Below are positions 57,601 to 64,000 of a DNA stretch of 64,000 bases, piece after piece. The notes beneath the pieces are model-generated. The model saw only the letters and a list, made by a program, of their open reading frames with translations. It did not search any database and had not been told where the DNA came from. Every line of letters starts with the position of its first letter. Positions within the stretch are counted from its first letter, which is position 1. A program made the translations under genes and the position numbers. Source of the DNA: Lama glama (lineage: Eukaryota). The stretch is from NCBI GenBank assembly GCA_028534125.1, contig CM052831.1, positions 23,808,001 through 23,872,000 of the forward strand, in the 5' to 3' direction.

Positions 57601-60600
57601 GAAATTCCCTTAGCTCACTGTCTTCTTCTCTCTTACAGGGCCCCCCAGGCAGCCGGGGGGAGCGTGGGGAGAAGGTAAGGATGTGGGGAAGAGGCCTCTG
57701 GGATGAGTGTGTGCAGGGATGGATCCTATAATCATGATTTGGTGTTTCTCTGTTTGGGTGAAACTCACACTCTTCAACTTAATAGGGTGACGCTGGACCC
57801 CCAGGGCTAAAGGGTGACAAGGTGAGTGTGGGCATAGGGGAGGGCAGGTGCAGGGAACTCAGGGTGCTCCTGACTTCTCTGACTGCCCCTGTCCACTCAG
57901 GGTGACTCAGCTGTGATTATGGGGCCTCCAGGGCCACGGGGTGCCAAGGGGGACATGGTGAGTGGGCCTGGTCCATGGGCAGATGGGGTCTCCCTTGGAT
58001 GTGGAGGAGCTTTTGGGGAGACAAGGCTGGGAGATCTGAGAGTTCAAATCCTCAGAGGGTAAGGAGCTTCCAGCCCCTGACCCTGATTTCCCACACTGAC
58101 CCAGGGTGAACGAGGGCCTCGGGGCATAGATGGTGACAAAGGACCTCGGGGAGACAGTGGGGACCCTGGAGAGAAGGTATGGGGAAGAGGGTGGGGTATT
58201 GTATACGGGGTCAGGAGGGGGGTTCTGCAGGCTGTGGGGCTCTCTGGAGGGTCTGTGAGGACAGGAGGGGAGGATGGGAGAGGGGGGCTTTCTGGGGGTC
58301 AGAGGGGAGGGGGTTCTGTGGAGTGGCTGAGAGGATGGGGGCTCTATGGAGGGTTCGGGGCCTCAGTGTGAGGTCAAAAGGGGAGTCTGTGGACTGGGGC
58401 TCTAGGAGAGGCCCTGTGCCAACAGGAAGGGGCTCCTTGGTTGTCAGGGGTACTCCAGATAGGTTTGGGAGCCAGGAGTAAAGAGAGACTAGCAGGAATC
58501 TGGGGGTCCTGCGGTGAGAAATGAATGCCTCCATGGGCTCCAGTGCCCAGCTCCAGCCTGCTGAGGCCTGGGCAGGAAGGGAAGGGGCTGCTGGGGGCAG
58601 TCGGAGAGCAGCACTGGTAAGCTTTGCCCCAACTGGTAGGTTCCAGGCATGCTCCAAGCCTCCAGCCTGGCCTGGTGCTGATTGTGTACCCTCTTCCGGT
58701 CACTCCCACAGGGCGCCAAGGGAGAGCCTGGTGACAAGGGCTCAGTCGGGTTGCTGGGAGCACGTGGACTCACGGGACCCAAGGCAAGTCCTGCCCCAGG
58801 TGCAGACTCAGAGCCACATGTCACACACACCTGTCCCAGGGGTGTCCTCTGAGCATTGGACGGTTCCCAGGCTCCCTTGCCATTGGCCACTTGTGTGTTC
58901 ACATGGGGTCTGTGTGCACCCTGGGTCCTGGCTGCAAGTCACTGAGTGGCTACACATGCAGCAGACAGGCCAGCTTAGGGGACAGCCACATTGAAGGGCC
59001 ATCCTCCCCTATCTGTGTTTCCCACAGGGAGAGCCTGGTGCTGCTGGGATCCCTGGTGACCCGGTAAGACACCCCTGCTCCTACAGGGACCCCTGGTCCC
59101 CCCCCCCATCCTCATGTGGTAGCCTTTGACCTTATAGGGAATCAGTAGCATCACATTGCCCAGGGGCCCCTATGATGGTTCCTCCCACGTGGTGACCCTG
59201 CTCACGGTGACCCTTGTCCCCATAGAAAACCCTGCCCTTCCATTGGCTCTGGTCCCCAGTGGTAACTCTCACCCCCGTGGTGTTCCCTGTCCATTATATC
59301 CAGAGTAATGCCCTTTGATCCCTCACTGACCTCCCCTGACCTCACACTGATCCTTTTTGCCCCAGGGATCCCCAGGAAAGGATGGAGCCCCTGGTGTCCG
59401 AGGAGACAAAGGAGATGTTGGCTTTATGGGTCCCCGGGGCCTCAAGGTGAGAAAGGGACTGGTTTTTTACCCCTGGTCAGGAGGGCCTAATGTTGGAGGG
59501 TGAGGTATATGGGGTCACAGGTCAGTTATCTGGGCTCAGATGTTGGGAGTATCCACGGTTGTATGTGAGGTGTTAGGTCAGAGGCTGGAGGATCTAAGGC
59601 CAGTTTGGAGAGTGGTTTCAGGGTCAACGGGTTATAGGGTAAGTTATCTGGAAGTCACTTTTTCACTTCTTTTGTCCCTCAGGGTGAACGGGGGATTAAG
59701 GGAGCCTGTGGTCTGGATGGAGAGAAGGGAGATAAGGTACAGGGGTGATGGGGGGTGTGGGCGGAGATGTAGGGGGCTATGGGGCCTGGGGCCTAATGTG
59801 GACCCTTCCACCTGATGCCAACAGGGAGAAGCAGGTCCCTCGGGTCGCCCGGGGATGGCAGGACGCAAAGGAGACATGGTGAGTGTGGGGCACCCCCAGA
59901 GTGAGGAGAGAATGGGTGAGCCAGGGCCTGGCTAATGTCTTCTCTTCTCCAGGGGGAGCCAGGTGTCCCGGGCCAGTCAGGGGCCCCTGGGAAGGAGGGC
60001 CTGATTGGTCCCAAGGTATGGCGTCTCTCAACAGTGGACATTGTGGGGGGTTGGGACTGGGTAGGGAAGGGCACGGTAAGGTTGTGGAGGTTTTAGGTCA
60101 AGGAAGGTTGTGGTAAGTTGGGACATTGAGGGGTGGAGTGGGGCTGGTCTTGAGGTTTCAGGGTGGATTGGGATCACAGTGGAGATTTAGGATTAGGGGA
60201 TGAGAGGTAGAGCAAGTGGGGACAGGTGCCTCAGGGCTCAGGGGTTACAGTGGGTAGGGTCAGTGGAGGAGGCTGGTGTGTCAGTGTGAAGGAAGTAGGT
60301 AGAGGCAGAGCAAGGGATGTCACAGTGGGGTCGGGGTCATGGGGATCATGGCAGATTGAGGGTCTCAGGCTCAGGTGCTTGAGGTTGTGAGCATTGGGCC
60401 TGGGGGGCTTATGGGGGTTCAGCTGAGGGAGGCCAGGGCAGAGGGTCTCTCATGCTTCTTTGTTTCTAGGGTGATCGAGGCTTTGATGGGCAGCCAGGAC
60501 CCAAGGGTGACCAGGGTGAGAAAGGGGAGCGGGTAAGTTGAGGCCAAGGTCATGGTAAACTAAGGGGATTGTACTCTTTGGAATTGAGGTCATCTTTGGA

Positions 60601-63091
60601 AGCTCTGATCACTGACCCTGACCTGTTTCTCCCCAGGGACCCCCAGGAATTGGAGGCTTCCCAGGTCCCAGAGGCAATGATGGCTCCAGTGGTCCCCCTG
60701 GGCCACCTGGCAGTGTTGGTCCCAAAGGCCCTGAAGGACTTCAGGGCCAGAAGGTGAGGGGTCCTGACTCTGATTCCTGACCCCTGAACCTCCATGACGC
60801 TTCCAACCTCCCTGACCTCTGACTCTGCAACCCACCCCCCGATATCCTTGCTCCAACCTCTGAACCTATGATCCCAACTTGTCCTACTTCTGATCTCCAC
60901 TGCCTCTGACCCTGCTCACTCAGTCCTTGTGTCTGACAGGGTGAGCGAGGTCCCCCTGGAGAGAGTGTGGTGGGGGCCCCTGGGGCCCCTGGCACCCCTG
61001 GAGAGAGAGGGGAGCAGGTGAGTGGGGATTCCTGGGTTTGAAGTCAAAGGTTGGGGTGACCAGTGGTGTCCCTGAGATCAGAGGTCACAGCCTGGTTCCA
61101 TCCATTGCACACAGGGGCAGCCAGGACCCCTGGGCCCCCGTGGTGAGAAGGGAGAAGCTGCACTGACAGTGAGTGTGGGGCTGCGGGGCTGGGGCCCTGC
61201 CTCCTGTACCCAATACCCTCACCCCCGGGCCTCTGACTCAGCACTGTCCTTCCGTGATCCCTGCATCATATACCCTTTGTCTTTCTGTGATCCATGGATT
61301 CTTCGTGACCCTTGTGGTCTTGATCTCCTAGGAGGATGACATTCGGGGCCTTGTGCGTCAGGAGATGAGTCAGCACTGCGGTAAGTGGGGCCCAGCCCAG
61401 AGTCTCTTGGGTCCCATCCCCACTTCATCCCAGTGCCCCTAGACAGGGGAGGCAGCATCCCCAGAACTTCCAGGGGGCAAGCAGCCAAGGAGGTGGGTGG
61501 AGATGGATGGATACACAGAAGGACACAGGTGCCTCAGGACAGACATGGTGACAGGAGACACAGGCAGAGGTGGATGGACAGGTAGTGTTCTGGATGCCCA
61601 GTTTGGCCAAGTGTGTAGAAGGGGTGGAGGTGTGAGCAGAGCTGTTTCTCGGGGCCTGACATGGAGCTGGGGTGAGGTGGGGGCGCTGATGGCCCTGAGA
61701 GTCATCGGAGAGTGAAGCTCTGTCTCCCTCCATCTCTGTCTGTGCTGCTTTCACTCTGTCTCTGTGCCTGCTGGCCCCTGACCGGGTCTCTCCCTGTCTC
61801 TCTCTCTCCATCTGTGTCTCCTGCTCTCTGCCATTGTCTCTCTCCCTGCCCCTCTCTGCCCCCTCCAGCCTGCCAGGGCCAGTTTATCGCATCTGGATCA
61901 CGTGAGTAGTTTTCTGTTCTTTTCTGCTCTCGAAACTTTCCTCACCCCCGCCCTGCGGTGCCCATCACCTGGGTCCTCTCAGCTGGGGCTTGGCTGGGGT
62001 GGCCACCAAGCTGACCCCAGGGCCCTGTGCCCCTGCTCCTGGCTCCAGGACCCCTCCCAAGTTATGCTGCAGACACCGCTGGCCCCCAGCTCCATGCTGT
62101 GCCTGTGCTCCATGTCTCTCATGCCGAGGAGGAAGGTGAGGACGGCTGGAGCCATGAGTGCGTGGGGGGCGCGCAGACATACACAGGGCTGCTCACGGGG
62201 GCAGGGCCTGTGCCACACGCGTGGGATCCAAATGCAGGGAACACTCTTGCGCACACGCGTGGGAGACCCGTGCTGCCCGCTCTGCCCCAAGGGCCAAGGT
62301 TGGGCAGCATGAACCTGGCCCCACAGTGGCCCTGCTCACAGCACACCCCACGGTGCGTGCAGGCCGGCTGCCCCCCGAGGACGATGAGTATGAATACTCT
62401 GAGTATTCCGTGGAGGAATACCAGGACCCTGAGGCTCCATGGGATGGTGACGGTGAGAAAGGGGACTGGGCCCATAGGGATTGGGGGAGGGGCAGGCAGA
62501 GCCCATCCCTGCTGACCTCTTTGACCCCCATTAGCCCCAGACCCCTGCTCTCTTCCACTGGACGAGGGTTCCTGTACTGCCTACACCCTGCGCTGGTACC
62601 ATCGAGCTATGCCAGGTGGCATGGAGGCCTGTCACCCCTTTGTCTATGGTGGCTGCGGAGGGAATGCCAACCGTTTTGGGACCCGTGAGGCCTGTGAGCG
62701 CCGCTGCCCGCCCCGGATGGCCCAGAGCCAGGGAACAGGTAGAGGCTCCCCCCAACCCCATTAGGGGCCTGGGCACTGAACCCACCCAGATCACGTCTAG
62801 GGGCAGGTCCTGGGTCAGAAGCCCTCAGACTGGGGGGCCTGAGACAGACCCCCAGAGGAAAGAGCTGACTAGAGAACCTCAGCTGTAGGTTCCCAGCATG
62901 GACCCCCTCGGGGCTCCCTCCCTGAAAGAGCTGAGGCAGGACCCCTCTCTGAGGGCACAGCCCCCACTCCCATTACGCTCCCAGCTCCCCATCCATTCTC
63001 TGCCTCATGCTTCTCTGTGCCTACGTGTTGGGTAAGGTCAGACGGCTGAAGACAACTCCCAACCGGCCCGCCAGGTGCTGCCCGGAGCTGA
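33620..63091 (+). CDS. COL7A1: Collagen alpha-1(VII) chain, 118 exons, ~2935 aa
   Basis: Signal peptide in exon 1 (33620-33704). vWA1 exons 2-5 (34172-34352, 35010-35169, 35255-35348, 35440-35601). Nine FN3 repeats in exons 6-23 (35835-41612). vWA2 exons 24-27 (41694-42732, includes RGD). Gly-X-Y exons 29-112 (42964-61168), all phase 0, with the hinge in exons 71-72 (52096-52131, 52262-52384) and exon 73 at 52464-52664. NC2 exons 113-118 with a Kunitz domain (62541-62738) and last exon 63075-63091 (GAARS*). All exons were traced with no frameshift or stop. Confidence 0.97.
49684..49852 (-). mobile_element. Vic-1-type camelid SINE in COL7A1 intron 61
   Basis: ggtaattaggtttatttattt...ggagatactggggattgaacctaggaccttgtgcatgctaagcaaacgctctaccatttgagctgtaccctcctccc; same family as the element at 12995-13133. 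Confidence 0.85.
50012..50087 (+). ncRNA. MIR711: miR-711-like precursor overlapping COL7A1 exon 62
   Basis: GGGACCCAGGGAGAGACGTAAG (50054-50075) equals the recalled mature human miR-711. Stem GTCTCTCC (50023-50030) pairs with GGAGAGAC (50063-50070). Human MIR711 is hosted in COL7A1. Expression cannot be judged from sequence. Confidence 0.6.
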
Positions 63092-63399
63092 GGCCAGAAA
63101 ATGAGCTGAAGTTCAGCGTCCCCTGGAGAGGTGGTGTCTCAGCTGGACCCTGCTGTCCCTCCCCTTGGTGCTAGAAGCCTGTGTGCACGTGAGCGTGCAT
63201 GAGCGTGTCCGTTATTTCAGTGATTTGTTCTGTAGGTCTAGCCTTCCCCCCTGTGGACAAACCCCCATTGTGGCTCCTGCCTCCCTGGCAGATGACTCAG
63301 TGTGGGGGTGGCTGTGGGCAGTGAGTGGATGTGACTGCATCTTACCCACCCTTTGACCCAAGCCTGTGATGACATGGTGCTGATTCGGGGGGGGGGGGC

Positions 63400-63405
63400 A
63401 TTAAA
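63400..63405 (+). terminator. Poly(A) signal (ATTAAA) of COL7A1
   Basis: ATTAAA ~310 nt after the stop, followed by GT-rich tattgtgactgtttgggg. The 3'UTR resembles the recalled human UTR. Confidence 0.8.
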
Positions 63406-63639
63406 GCTGCTGTTTTAAAAGGCTCCTATTGTGACTGTTTGGGGAGGTGGGGGTGTCAGGAGGGCAGGTTTTCCCTGGGAGGTTGGTACTATCCTGTGTG
63501 GGTCCAGAGTCCCTCTGTCCAGCCCTGGTCACTCTCCTGTGACTCTCAGTCCCTAACTTGTCCCCAAAAGAAGTAGACAGTATAGGGGCTGAGGATATGT
63601 CCTCACTGCCCCCCAGGAGGGTATGAATCATAGGTGATG

Positions 63640-63790
63640 GGCTGCCTCATGCCAGGAGACAGGCCCCAGCTCTCAGCCCAGGGACTGAGGGAGATAAATG
63701 GGCCCTGAAGGGGGCAGAGGGGCAGACTGGCCCCAGGCAGCCACGGCGGTCCCAGCAGACCCCAGAGGAGGCTGCTACTGGTAGGACTGG
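63640..63790 (+). promoter_or_regulatory. Probable UCN2 promoter and non-coding exon 1
   Basis: Synteny (UCN2 immediately follows COL7A1), TATA-like GATAAAT at 63693-63699 and a possible donor CTG|GTAGGA at 63780/63781. No UCN2 coding sequence is inside the window. Confidence 0.4.
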
Positions 63791-64000
63791 GATCCGGGAG
63801 AGGGCAGGACCTTTGGGGCTGAGTGGATCTGGGGTTTGGGTCAGTGGAGGCTTCTGGAGCTGGGGGTACCCTGGGGTCTCTGGCTGTTTCTCCACCTCAG
63901 GGACCCCCCCATTCCTGCCTTTCTTTGTCCTGGATCTGCCACAGGCTTTCTCAGACCTCAGTCTCCTTCTGTCCCTCTGTGTTTCTCTCCCTTTGCTTCC

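Noticed and set aside
58180-60440. G-run-rich intronic tracts and abundant TGACC/GGTCA motifs in COL7A1 introns
   Set aside because: Typical of short GC-rich introns (G-run splicing enhancers, low complexity); no defined periodic structure I could support without computation.
43000-61200. Pro/Gly-rich antisense ORFs across the collagen domain (e.g. 47606-48364)
   Set aside because: Artefacts of GGN-CCN collagen codons and GC-rich small introns.

Overview
Mammalian genomic DNA, almost certainly camelid (three tRNA-Ala-derived Vic-1-type SINEs). It corresponds to the conserved CELSR3-SLC26A6-TMEM89-UQCRC1-COL7A1-UCN2 block, with all genes on the + strand. In order: the end of the CELSR3 3'UTR (1-~1535); complete SLC26A6 (21 exons, ~762 aa); TMEM89 (2 exons, 156 aa); a transposon-rich spacer with nested insertions (~16-21 kb); complete UQCRC1 (13 exons, 480 aa); complete COL7A1 (118 exons traced by hand, frame intact, ~2935 aa) hosting a miR-711-like hairpin; and probably the UCN2 promoter at the right edge. 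I found no new multi-gene system. The best second-look items are regulatory or splicing features: a ~27-copy degenerate array of 5'-splice-site/ZEB E-box-like units in SLC26A6 intron 1; six miR-30/forkhead TGTTTAC sites in the CELSR3 3'UTR; a poly(A) signal inside the TMEM89 CDS next to an apparently advanced stop codon; three GC-AG introns; a duplicated in-frame donor at COL7A1 exon 3; stop-free 3n introns; and a clean ERV2-type solo LTR. Gene names and human comparisons come from recalled sequence, not from searches.
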